Below are positions 20,067 through 29,448 of a DNA stretch of 64,000 bases, in pieces (position 1 is the first letter of the stretch; every line of letters starts with the position of its first letter). Made by a program: the position numbers and the translations under genes. The notes below the pieces were generated by a model that was given only the letters and a program-made list of their open reading frames with translations, was not told where the DNA came from and did no database searches. The stretch covers positions 7,488,001 through 7,552,000 of the forward strand of contig OZ244207.1 in NCBI GenBank assembly GCA_965216875.1, given 5' to 3'. The DNA is from Rubripirellula sp. Its GTDB lineage: Bacteria; Planctomycetota; Planctomycetia; Pirellulales; Pirellulaceae.

Positions 20067-20127
20067 GCCCTGTTCTCGCGGAGGCAGAGGGGGACGCTCC
20101 TGCGGAGCTGCGTCCTCTCCACAGACC

Positions 20128-20280
20128 GTAGCTACCTTCGCCAGAAGGTGGTTTGCATCGGTGACTGCTTTCCACTAACACAACGCTCTGGCGAGCGTAG
20201 CTACACCGTTTGTAGTTCAGCCTTTGGACGCCTTTACGCGGTTTGCGAGAAGATTCCGGCTAAAGCTCGGTACTACGAAC
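20128..20280. repeat. REP-like cluster: GTAGCTAC..CGCCAGA doublet (family D) plus family C arm
   Basis: Inverted pair 20128-20151/20181-20204. The 37-mer 20244-20280 is identical to 41597-41633. Confidence 0.85.
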
Positions 20281-20291
20281 TCCCGATTTCG

Positions 20292-21089
20292 CTACGCAGC
20301 TAATCGCTTACGAACGTGCCTTTCACGGCGTGCCGGTCCGCCGATCGGAGTCTTGTCGACAATGCGTTGAACCTTACCTTGCCAACGCTTGAGACCGCGC
20401 GGTTTGTCTTTCCAGCGGTACTCCATTTCCAAATCGATCGTCGCATAAACGTAATCGTTGGTGCGCCAAACTGACTCGTAGTGCAGATGGCTGAGTTGAC
20501 CGCCGAGGTCGGCAGCGAGCTGCAGGAATTCTTGCGGACCAATGGTCTCATCAACAATCTGCAATCCTTGCGGTTCGTTGTCGTGCAGGTATTGCTGGTG
20601 CAGGTAGCTGGGGCAAGTCACGATCAAACGTGCCGAGTCCGACATCGACTGACGCAGGTTCGCGTGGAATTCCGGACGCGATTTCGCTGGGATGTGTTCA
20701 TAAACATCCAACAACGTGACGACATCGAAGGGGCCACCTTGCACCGGTTGTGTGAGGTCGCTTACTGCGAATTGGGCCTCAATGGCTGGCCCGAACAATT
20801 GGGACGCCATCGCGATGTTCTGTGGACTGATGTCGACACCGACTGCTTTGAGGTCGGGACGATGGTGGCAAAGTCGATTTGTGGTTTCGCCAACACCGCA
20901 ACCAACTTCGAGCAGCGATGACGCATGTTCAGGCAATTTGCTGGCTGCGAACGCCAGTGCATGTTCAATTCTGGGATTTCCAGAAACGTAGCCACTGACG
21001 AGCTTCTTGCTGAACTCATCATAGAAACCTGCGATCTGAGTCGTTGTGACGTCAGATGATTCCGATTGTTGCGGTTTTGACGGCGACAT
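20292..21089 (-). CDS. Class I SAM-dependent methyltransferase
   Basis: LLEVGCGVG, VGVDIS, FDVVTLLDVYEHI. Confidence 0.88.
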   Translation of the reverse strand: MSPSKPQQSESSDVTTTQIAGFYDEFSKKLVSGYVSGNPRIEHALAFAASKLPEHASSLLEVGCGVGETTNRLCHHRPDLKAVGVDISPQNIAMASQLFGPAIEAQFAVSDLTQPVQGGPFDVVTLLDVYEHIPAKSRPEFHANLRQSMSDSARLIVTCPSYLHQQYLHDNEPQGLQIVDETIGPQEFLQLAADLGGQLSHLHYESVWRTNDYVYATIDLEMEYRWKDKPRGLKRWQGKVQRIVDKTPIGGPARRERHVRKRLAA

Positions 21090-21334
21090 GGGGTCCTTCC
21101 CGTGTGTGGATTGCTTCCAGATTGGTCGTATAGGTCAACGGCCCCATTGCTCGCAAGGTCGTTTTCATCGACCACGATCCAAAAGGGCATCGACGCGTCG
21201 AAAGACCACGTCGCACAAGATTGCGGTGCAGCAAATTGCAACTACGATCGAGGGCATCCGGGCAGGCTATTTCGGGGACGCCCGTTCGTGCAATTCATCT
21301 GACGCGTGCACCTTCTTTTACTCGGCAAAACGCC

Positions 21335-24300
21335 ATGCTTCGCAAACCCCACTCGCGCCGCCAGCGACGGCCTATTCACAAGAATCCATCTTGGACGCTT
21401 TCGACGCTTGAGCCGCGTCTGATGTTGGCGGCGGATGCGGGCGTTGCAACGGCCTCGGCGTGCCACGGCGAAATGACAGTTGGGCAAAACGCCGTGGCGT
21501 CCGAAGTGGCACCGACCGTGGCCCAATCGGCCCCGGCAACCATCGTGTTTGTTGATAGCGCTGTATCCGATCTGGCGGAACTCGCCGCCACAAGCGGCGA
21601 CGCCGAACTTGTCCTGATCGACGCCGAGCGTGATGGCATCGACCAAATCACCAACCACTTAGCAACGCGACAGAACGTCCAGTCCATTCAAGTCGTTTCG
21701 CATGGCGCCTCAGGCCGGATTCAACTTGGCAACACGAACGTCGATACAAACACACTCAACGAACGCGCCGATCAAATTCGCAAGTGGCGTGGCGCTCTGT
21801 CACGCGATGCGGATCTCTTGATCTACGGGTGTGATGTTGCAGCGGATCAATCGGGTCAAGATTTTGTACGTCAGCTCGCGCGGCTGGCAGGTGCTGATGT
21901 GGGCGCATCGAGCGACCGCACGGCCAACGCACAGCAGCATGGTGATTGGGACCTGGAATTCTGTAGCGGAGTGATCGAGTCCGCACTCGCGATCTCTCCA
22001 GAGGCGATTGAAGCGTTTCGTGGTCATCTTGCGATCCAAATTCGCGCCGCAGGCACGACCGGCGAAGAACAGATGCAGCTGTTGATCGACGGCGTGTCCG
22101 TTCAAACTTGGAATGTGACCGGAACAGGCGCCTACGCTGGCCAGTACGACACCTATACCTACAACCAAGACGGAATCGACGTCGATCGGATTCGTGTCGC
22201 GTTTACGAACGACCTCTATTTGCCAGAGCAAAATTTCGATCGCAATTTGCGTGTCGATTGGATTCGTGTCGATGGTGTTCAATACGAAACGGAATCGGCC
22301 GACGTCTTTTCCACGGGAACGTGGATCAGCGGGGTGGGGATTCAGCCTGGGAATTGGCAATCCGAGTTTCTGCACACCGATGGCTATTTTCAATACACCG
22401 ACAATAGCGGTGGAACCAATGGAGGTTCGGTTTCGCTGACATCGTCGTCCGCATCGGTCGATGAAGACGCAGGAAGCATTACGCTCACACTTCAGAGAAG
22501 CGGCGGCAGCGACGGCTCGGCCGAAGTTTTCTTCCGCACCAACGCGGGCTCGGCGAACGCCGGGAGCGATTTCACGGCTCAAAACTCAAGTGTGGTGTTT
22601 GCCGACGGACAAACATCAGCATCCATCACGATTCAAATCTCTGACGACGCGACTGACGAAAGCGACGAATCGTTTCAGGTCGAATTGACCAGTGCCAACG
22701 GTGCGGACCTTGGCGGTACAATGGTCACGACGATCACCATCAATGATGACGACGTGACGGCGCCACCTCAGCCATCAGGTTTGATCGGCTACTGGGCTCT
22801 CAATGAGACGTCAGCCGGGACGATCGTTGACTCCTCGGGCACCGGAAACGACGGGCAAGCAATTAACTTTGCATCGCCCAACGGGCCAACCAACGACACC
22901 CCCGACGTCAATGGTTTCAATCCAGGGTCGTTTTCGTTTGACGGGAACAACGATTTCATCAACGTCGGACCCGATGAATCGCTGCGTTTGACGGAAGGGA
23001 CCTACACACAAACGGTTTGGATCAAACCGACCGACACCAGTAACAACTATCAAGGTGTCATTGGTTACCAAGCGGGCGGTGTCAACAGTCGCTATCCGTT
23101 CATCTATACCCGCAACGACATGATCTACGCAGGCTTTGGTGCGGGCGCCACCTGGAAAGGCGTCGTTGCTGATAACGCGTTGGACATCGGCCAGTGGAAT
23201 CACGTTGCCGTTACCTTTGACGGAACAACGATGGTGCTGATGGTGGATGGCGAAGTGGTTGGCACGAACAACAATTTTGGCGGCTCACTGCCGACAACTG
23301 CGACATCCCAGCTGAGCATTGGCAAGATCAATACCTACTTTGCAGGTCAGCTTGATGAAGTGCGGCTGTACGATCGCGCACTCAGCCAGAACGAAGTGGT
23401 CACGGTGATGAACGCCGCTGACCCGCCACCACCGCCGACATCAAGTCCCGGTCAGATCGGATTGGCGGCCACACAAGTTGCCGTCAACGAAAACGAGGGG
23501 ACGGTATCGATTGGTTTGCTGCGAACCGGCGGTGCAAGTGGACCGGCAGAAGTCTACTACACCACACAAGATGCTTCGGGCGAAGCAGGCGTCGACTATT
23601 TCGGTACGAGTGATGGTCGCGTTCAGTTTGCTGACGGGCAAGTCTTTGCTTCCATCAACATTCCGATCATCGACAACTTCGAACAAGACGGCGAAAAGAC
23701 GTTCCAGGTTTCTTTGTTCCGAGTTGATGGCGCTTCCCAAGGCGAGCCAAGAACGGCCACCGTCACCATTGTTGACGATGAGTCGGGTTCGGGGTTGATC
23801 GGCTATTGGAACTTGAATGAAACCGACGCTTCGGGGCCAATCGTTGATTCGTCTGGCCAGGGGAACAACGGGCAAGCGGTCGGTTTCAATTCGCCCTTCG
23901 GTCCAACCAACATCGCGCCAGACACAAACAGCCCGAACCCAGGTGCGTTTAGTTTCGATGGTTCAAATGACGCGATCGAAATTGCCGAGAACGAATCGCT
24001 GCGTCTGACCGAGGGCAAGTACAGTCAATCGGTTTGGGTCCGCCCGACGGCCAACGATGGCAAGTTCCACGGCGTGCTCGGCTATCAGTCTGGCGGGGTG
24101 AACTCGCGTTATCCCTTCATCTACACGCTCAATAACTCAGTCTATGCCGGGTTCGGCGCCGGCGCGACATGGAAAGGCGTCACTGCCAACGGCGTCATCT
24201 CGGTCGGCTCATGGAACCACATCGCGGTCAGCTTTGACGGTTCACGGATGGTCCTTTACGTCAACGGAGAAGTCGTCGGAACGAATGATGATTTCGGCGG

Positions 24301-25714
24301 GTCGCTGCCAACCACGGCGACGGCTCAATTGAGCATCGGGCGAGTGAACAATCAGTTCGTCGGCCAAATTGACGAAGTTCGTATGTGGGACCGAGCGATC
24401 AACGGGGGCGAAGTACAAGCCTTGATTGACGGTGCGACCCTTCCACCACCCAACGTCGTCGGCTATTTCACAACCGAAGCCCTGGCCAGTGGGTTCGTTC
24501 AGCCAACCACCGTAGAACGATTGCCTGATGGACGGTTCCTTGTGGCCGAACGTGCCGGCGTGATCAAGGTTGTCAACCAGGATGGCAGTGTGAATGCGAC
24601 GCCGCTGTTGGACATCAACGACGTCGTCAATCGTGTTGGTGTCGACCGAGGTGTGATGTCGATTGCGATTCCACCCGACTTTGCACAAACACGACAACTG
24701 TATGTCGCCTACACCTACGATCCACCGGAAGTCCAAGGACGCAGTGGTGATGGTGGCCCCGATGGCGAGGGGGCACGCGTCGCGCGTGTTTCGCGTTTTA
24801 CCGTCAATGAATCATGGACAGTCGCCGACCGAAACAGCGAAGTCGTCGTTGTCGGCAAGAACAGTCTTTACGAGTACATCGGGCAACCGAATCGCCGCCC
24901 GCTTCTTTCGGACCCTCAGTCGGGATTGGACGAAAACGGCAACTACATTCGTGACTTCATCGCCAGCGACGAACTGAGTCATACCGTTGGCGATATGGAA
25001 TTCGCATCCGATGGTTCGCTTATCATTTCCGTGGGCGATGGTGGGTCGTACGGCCGAGTCGATCCGGTGAACCTTCGCTCGCTCGACCTGAACAGCCTCA
25101 ACGGCAAGATTCTTCGAGTCGATCGCTGGACCGGTCTCGGGCTGAGCGACAATCCGTTTTACGATGGCGACCCGGGCAGCAACCAGAGTCGTGTCTACAG
25201 CTACGGACTGCGAAACCCATTCCGTTTCGCGATCAATCCAAACGATGGCGAGATCTTCATTGCCGATGTTGGTTGGCTGAACTGGGAAGAGATCAACACC
25301 GGTCGCGGCAAGAACTTCGGCTGGCCCGCCTACGAAGGTTTCGGTTTGACTGGCGGTTCACGCGGAAGCTATGCGTCGTTGCCAGAAGTGCAAGACTACT
25401 TGGCGACGAATCCAGAGATCACGCCGCCGATTTGGACACGCAGTCATAGTGCGGGCGCTCGTGCGATCATCATGGGCGACTTCATCCAAGGTGGTGACTA
25501 CCCGGCAAGTCTTCAGGGAGCGTTCTTGTTTACCGACATTGGCGACCGTGTGTTGCGTGCGGGGCGATTGGACAGTAACGGTCAATTGATTGACGTCGTT
25601 CCCGTTTCCTCAAGCGTCGGTTTCATCACCGATGTGATGCGTATGAGCGACGGCAGTCTCTACTACGTCGACTTCGCCTCCGGTACGCTCGGCAAGCTGG
25701 TTTTTAACAGCTAA
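21335..25714 (+). CDS. Large exported protein: LEPRxLL, DUF4347, carbohydrate-binding module, 2x(Calx-beta + LamG), PQQ-type sugar dehydrogenase propeller
   Basis: LEPRLMLAAD; SHG..LLIYGCDVA..GDWDLE; AFTND..DRNLRVDWI; VVFADGQT; WNHVAVTFDG..GQLDEVRLYDRAL; GLRNPFR, DVG..WEEIN. Confidence 0.88.
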   Translation: MLRKPHSRRQRRPIHKNPSWTLSTLEPRLMLAADAGVATASACHGEMTVGQNAVASEVAPTVAQSAPATIVFVDSAVSDLAELAATSGDAELVLIDAERDGIDQITNHLATRQNVQSIQVVSHGASGRIQLGNTNVDTNTLNERADQIRKWRGALSRDADLLIYGCDVAADQSGQDFVRQLARLAGADVGASSDRTANAQQHGDWDLEFCSGVIESALAISPEAIEAFRGHLAIQIRAAGTTGEEQMQLLIDGVSVQTWNVTGTGAYAGQYDTYTYNQDGIDVDRIRVAFTNDLYLPEQNFDRNLRVDWIRVDGVQYETESADVFSTGTWISGVGIQPGNWQSEFLHTDGYFQYTDNSGGTNGGSVSLTSSSASVDEDAGSITLTLQRSGGSDGSAEVFFRTNAGSANAGSDFTAQNSSVVFADGQTSASITIQISDDATDESDESFQVELTSANGADLGGTMVTTITINDDDVTAPPQPSGLIGYWALNETSAGTIVDSSGTGNDGQAINFASPNGPTNDTPDVNGFNPGSFSFDGNNDFINVGPDESLRLTEGTYTQTVWIKPTDTSNNYQGVIGYQAGGVNSRYPFIYTRNDMIYAGFGAGATWKGVVADNALDIGQWNHVAVTFDGTTMVLMVDGEVVGTNNNFGGSLPTTATSQLSIGKINTYFAGQLDEVRLYDRALSQNEVVTVMNAADPPPPPTSSPGQIGLAATQVAVNENEGTVSIGLLRTGGASGPAEVYYTTQDASGEAGVDYFGTSDGRVQFADGQVFASINIPIIDNFEQDGEKTFQVSLFRVDGASQGEPRTATVTIVDDESGSGLIGYWNLNETDASGPIVDSSGQGNNGQAVGFNSPFGPTNIAPDTNSPNPGAFSFDGSNDAIEIAENESLRLTEGKYSQSVWVRPTANDGKFHGVLGYQSGGVNSRYPFIYTLNNSVYAGFGAGATWKGVTANGVISVGSWNHIAVSFDGSRMVLYVNGEVVGTNDDFGGSLPTTATAQLSIGRVNNQFVGQIDEVRMWDRAINGGEVQALIDGATLPPPNVVGYFTTEALASGFVQPTTVERLPDGRFLVAERAGVIKVVNQDGSVNATPLLDINDVVNRVGVDRGVMSIAIPPDFAQTRQLYVAYTYDPPEVQGRSGDGGPDGEGARVARVSRFTVNESWTVADRNSEVVVVGKNSLYEYIGQPNRRPLLSDPQSGLDENGNYIRDFIASDELSHTVGDMEFASDGSLIISVGDGGSYGRVDPVNLRSLDLNSLNGKILRVDRWTGLGLSDNPFYDGDPGSNQSRVYSYGLRNPFRFAINPNDGEIFIADVGWLNWEEINTGRGKNFGWPAYEGFGLTGGSRGSYASLPEVQDYLATNPEITPPIWTRSHSAGARAIIMGDFIQGGDYPASLQGAFLFTDIGDRVLRAGRLDSNGQLIDVVPVSSSVGFITDVMRMSDGSLYYVDFASGTLGKLVFNS

Positions 25715-25790
25715 TTGGACAACTCCACTTTTTGCGTCAAAGCACTTGCTTCTACCCCTGCTCGTGCTTTCCGCTCATCTTGCCGACCGC

Positions 25791-27422
25791 TCAAGGCTTA
25801 CTGCCCTGTGCGTGTTCCCCAGAATTCTGGCGGGCCCGGGCGATCACGTCGGTGATTCGTTGTGTTCGCTCTTCGGCCGTGAGGGCATAGTTGCCGATGG
25901 GCTGACCAGGTTTCAAAGGAACGATCCAGCTCTTGGATCCAAACGGGCCGGTGTCGACGCGACTGATGTCAACGTTCGGATCGATTAGGTATTGATAGGG
26001 ACGCCCATTTAGCGAGGCAATGGCATCACAGCGGATTTCGAAGTCTCGCAAGCCTTCTGCTTCAAGACTCGTACGCAACACCTTTGCGTAAGTGGCAATC
26101 ATTCGCGGTTCATCGCCGATATGAACTGCCTGTTTGCGATTCAAGTGAAGCGGGTTGAGGATTTCGTAGCGTCCATCGCTGTCGACAAGAAGGTAACGAA
26201 CGACGCCGTCGGTGGAATTGGATTTCATCCGCCAGGCAAACTTTTGCCCGAGCTTTGTCCAGTCAGTGTAGCCTTCGCAAAAATGATGGCGGAAAGGCAA
26301 CAAGACCTGCACGATCAGATAGACCAGCAGACCGGCGGCCACCCACGAATGCGCGCTTGTGACTGTGGTGTTCGTTTCGATCGGTGCGTCTACTTCGCTG
26401 TTGTTCTGTGAGTCGGGCGATCGACGTCGAAAATAGGCGACGACTTTCCTGGGGGTATTTGGTGGAAAGAATAAGAGCGTCGCCCCCAACATGAACCAGG
26501 GAAAGGTCCCGATGGTAAAGAGGAAATGGTTGGTGAGGTTAAAGCCTAGAATTAGGGGGATGACCCACAATCGCGTGCGACTAAAGAGCAACGCGACCGG
26601 GACAAGCAAGTCGAAGAGCAAACCGCCGTAGGCGAATCCCAACACAACAGCCGGAGTCTCGGCCATCTCAAGTGCCGTCGGTGTCGATGCGTGGTTGAGC
26701 AGGAATTTGTGCATCGGCTCGCCACGCAGCCAATCACCATTGATCTTGGTGATGCCCCCATAAAAGTAGGCGATGAAGAGATGGGCGCGAAGGATGAAAA
26801 CGTTCCAATACGGGCAGACTTCGTCGCGCACTCGCGGCTGGTCCCCGGATTGAGGCCGCAGCCATTTCGCAATTGACCAAGTCGCGTCCGCGCGACAAAA
26901 GATCATGAAAAACGTCAACAACACAAAGAGATAATAATGGTTGTTGTAGTTCACCTCGTCGATCAGAAAGACATGTGTGTAGGTCAAGAACAAGACTGTC
27001 GCCGAGACTCGGTACATGATCCCCGTCATCACACCAATCGCGGCAATCGCCTGAACGATGATCGCAACATGCATCAACCCTTCGGGCCAAGGGGCGACAA
27101 AACTAAAACCGGGGTACGTGAAATGGAAACTCTCGGCAGAGTAATGTGTTTGGGCTCTGGGCAGATGATACAAAGCCGCTTCGCAGGCCATCAAGAATCC
27201 GAACCAGATCCTGAAACAGGCCAAAGAAGAACCGTCGACGTTGCGGAACAATAGGTTCTGCCAGCGCGACCAAAGCGTCACTTCAGATGGCGACCGACCG
27301 CCGTCGTCCTCTTCAACCATTTGTCCCAAAACAACTCCGAGCCACTGAGATCCCGTCCCTGTCTGGCAGAACTGAATTTGACAACGGCTTGCCTGGACTG
27401 AACAACAAACCGGCATTCTCAC
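25791..27422 (-). CDS. HTTM-domain protein, homolog of vitamin K-dependent gamma-carboxylase
   Basis: SLACFRIWFG, YNNHYYL, YFYGGITKINGDWLRGEP, FTIGTFPW, FAWRMK, SLNGRP..IDP. Start uncertain. Confidence 0.85.
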   Translation of the reverse strand: MRMPVCCSVQASRCQIQFCQTGTGSQWLGVVLGQMVEEDDGGRSPSEVTLWSRWQNLLFRNVDGSSLACFRIWFGFLMACEAALYHLPRAQTHYSAESFHFTYPGFSFVAPWPEGLMHVAIIVQAIAAIGVMTGIMYRVSATVLFLTYTHVFLIDEVNYNNHYYLFVLLTFFMIFCRADATWSIAKWLRPQSGDQPRVRDEVCPYWNVFILRAHLFIAYFYGGITKINGDWLRGEPMHKFLLNHASTPTALEMAETPAVVLGFAYGGLLFDLLVPVALLFSRTRLWVIPLILGFNLTNHFLFTIGTFPWFMLGATLLFFPPNTPRKVVAYFRRRSPDSQNNSEVDAPIETNTTVTSAHSWVAAGLLVYLIVQVLLPFRHHFCEGYTDWTKLGQKFAWRMKSNSTDGVVRYLLVDSDGRYEILNPLHLNRKQAVHIGDEPRMIATYAKVLRTSLEAEGLRDFEIRCDAIASLNGRPYQYLIDPNVDISRVDTGPFGSKSWIVPLKPGQPIGNYALTAEERTQRITDVIARARQNSGEHAQGSKP

Positions 27423-27519
27423 TCAACCAGGTTGGATCAGCTATAGCTCATCGGGCCGGTGAGGAGAATCTTGTGGTTGAGTTCATGGTTTCTTAACGCA
27501 ACACTTGGAAAGCTGCGAG

Positions 27520-28338
27520 TCAGGCCGATCGGCGTCGTGGTTGATTGAGGTCGTAGCCGAATGCGGCCGCTTGGGGTGCGATCATGTCGCGATAGGTGCA
27601 GATGACACTTTCGGGAACCACCAGTTCCTTTTTGCCTGGTGGTTGGTACGCAACATCGACTTGGGCGCTGATGTCATGCGTCACGTTGAGTCCGAGAGTG
27701 GTGGCCAAGTCGTGGATCGATTTTGACTTGCTTTGAACAAAGTCCTCATAGCGAATCAACTCGAACGCTTCGGGTTGGTTCAAGTAGACATCCGCGGCAA
27801 CTTGCCAGCGTCGAGCCAAGATTTTGCCGCATCCCCATGAGGTCGACTCGGCGCCGTAAAGATGCGGGTCCTCAAACACTCCGCGCCAACCGTCGGAAAG
27901 TTGGTGGGTCACTTCGCTTGTCGCTGACAGATCCTCGGCCGACATCTTCAGACGTTCCGCGATGCTGCGAATGTTCTCGGTTGGTTCACGCACGACAAAC
28001 ACAAACGTCGCTTTGGGGAACACTTCGCGCAGCCCATCGAACAAAAACGTCAAATTCGGTTCTTTGACGAGTGCGTTTGAAAAGTCGCGGTAGCATTCGT
28101 TAACCGCAGAGGATAACGACGCTTCGCCGCGATGTAGCCGTTTAAAGTCTTCGCCCCAGAACGCCGAGATGTCGATCACATACGACAGACCGGTTGCTTT
28201 GCCCAGCAAGCTGGCGATCGCCGACGTTCCCGACTTTTGATTGCCAAGCACAATCACGGGTGAACGCTCTTCGGGGCAAAACCGACGACGTCCCATGAAA
28301 TGTCGCAAGCGATCGATTTGTTTGCTTAACTTCGACAC
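27520..28338 (-). CDS. Sulfotransferase family protein
   Basis: 5'-PSB VIVLGNQKSGTS, KEP, 3'-PB FVFVVREP..NIRS, IRYEDFV. Confidence 0.85.
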   Translation of the reverse strand: MSKLSKQIDRLRHFMGRRRFCPEERSPVIVLGNQKSGTSAIASLLGKATGLSYVIDISAFWGEDFKRLHRGEASLSSAVNECYRDFSNALVKEPNLTFLFDGLREVFPKATFVFVVREPTENIRSIAERLKMSAEDLSATSEVTHQLSDGWRGVFEDPHLYGAESTSWGCGKILARRWQVAADVYLNQPEAFELIRYEDFVQSKSKSIHDLATTLGLNVTHDISAQVDVAYQPPGKKELVVPESVICTYRDMIAPQAAAFGYDLNQPRRRSA

Positions 28339-28554
28339 GCCGATTCCCTTCGTTCCAATTGCATACGGTGCGGTCCAGGCGGACCTTCAGCCAGCTGCGT
28401 GGATCGTAGAAAAACGGTCGAATTGGCTGCAATGCCGTTTTTGAAGAACAGCAGGCTCAGGGACGCTGTTGAGACTTGTGTTCCAAAATCGCTGCCGCAC
28501 CAAGACTGCTCTGGACGCGTACAACGAGTCAGGTCAAACCAGCAGGGCAACGCC

Positions 28555-28941
28555 ATGAATCTCAATCAAGTCACCATTCCGTCCCATGATCTGGTCAGGT
28601 CCGTTGCGTTTTATCAGCAGCTTGGACTTCGGCTGATCGTCGATTCTGTTCCGCGGTATGCTCGGTTTGAGTGTCCCGACGGCGAGGCAACGTTTTCAAT
28701 TCATCGTGTGGAGGATCCCGTCAGAACATCTGGCCTAAGTATTTACTTCGAATGTGAAGACTTAGATGTCCGCGTTGCAGAACTGAAGGATCGAGGGATT
28801 GCCTTCGACCTCGATCCGGTTGACCAGCGATGGCTCTGGCGAGAAGCGCACCCTCGCGACCCCGATGGCAATCATCTGATCCTGTTCCACGCTGGCGAGA
28901 ATCGAAAGAACCCACCGTGGAGGATTGAAACCAGTCCGTAG
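28555..28941 (+). CDS. VOC/glyoxalase family protein
   Basis: MNLNQVT..DLVRSVAFYQQLG, WLWREA..RDPDGN. Confidence 0.9.
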   Translation: MNLNQVTIPSHDLVRSVAFYQQLGLRLIVDSVPRYARFECPDGEATFSIHRVEDPVRTSGLSIYFECEDLDVRVAELKDRGIAFDLDPVDQRWLWREAHPRDPDGNHLILFHAGENRKNPPWRIETSP

Positions 28942-29001
28942 CGTTTCAGCCTTAATCGGATTCCTGCAAGTTGATTGTCATCTCAATAGGATCAAATCGC
29001 G

Positions 29002-29409
29002 ATGCGTTTCTCATTGATCTCACTGGCCGTCCTGGTTCTCTTTTTCGCATTCGTATTCTTCTCGATCAGCAACTCAAGTTCGAGGTATTGGAGCGATTCG
29101 GTGAGGACGGTGTACGGACTTCTTTTCGCAAGTTCGATCGTCTACGCCTACGATCGTGGCAGCACACCTGCGATGGCCTTTGGCTTTACTGGCATGGTGA
29201 TCGCGTACTTTGCGTCGGGCTCCACATTCGGCTTTTCGCTGCTGCTCGAAAGCATGGGGCTGCTTGATCGATCGGTGATGGACAACCTTGCCGTTGTCGA
29301 GACGCTCAAACATCACCTCGCAGCGCTGGCTGCGTCGATTGCCGCATTGATTTGGAAGGGTCTGTCCCTTCGTGAGCGGTCTCGTCGCTTGATGGCCGCA
29401 GACGATTAG
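29002..29409 (+). CDS. Hypothetical membrane protein
   Basis: MRFSLISL start typical of small planctomycete membrane proteins; several hydrophobic segments. Confidence 0.6.
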   Translation: MRFSLISLAVLVLFFAFVFFSISNSSSRYWSDSVRTVYGLLFASSIVYAYDRGSTPAMAFGFTGMVIAYFASGSTFGFSLLLESMGLLDRSVMDNLAVVETLKHHLAALAASIAALIWKGLSLRERSRRLMAADD

Positions 29410-29448
29410 GTCCGCGGCAATCACTCGTCAAACTCGTTGGTTATGACG

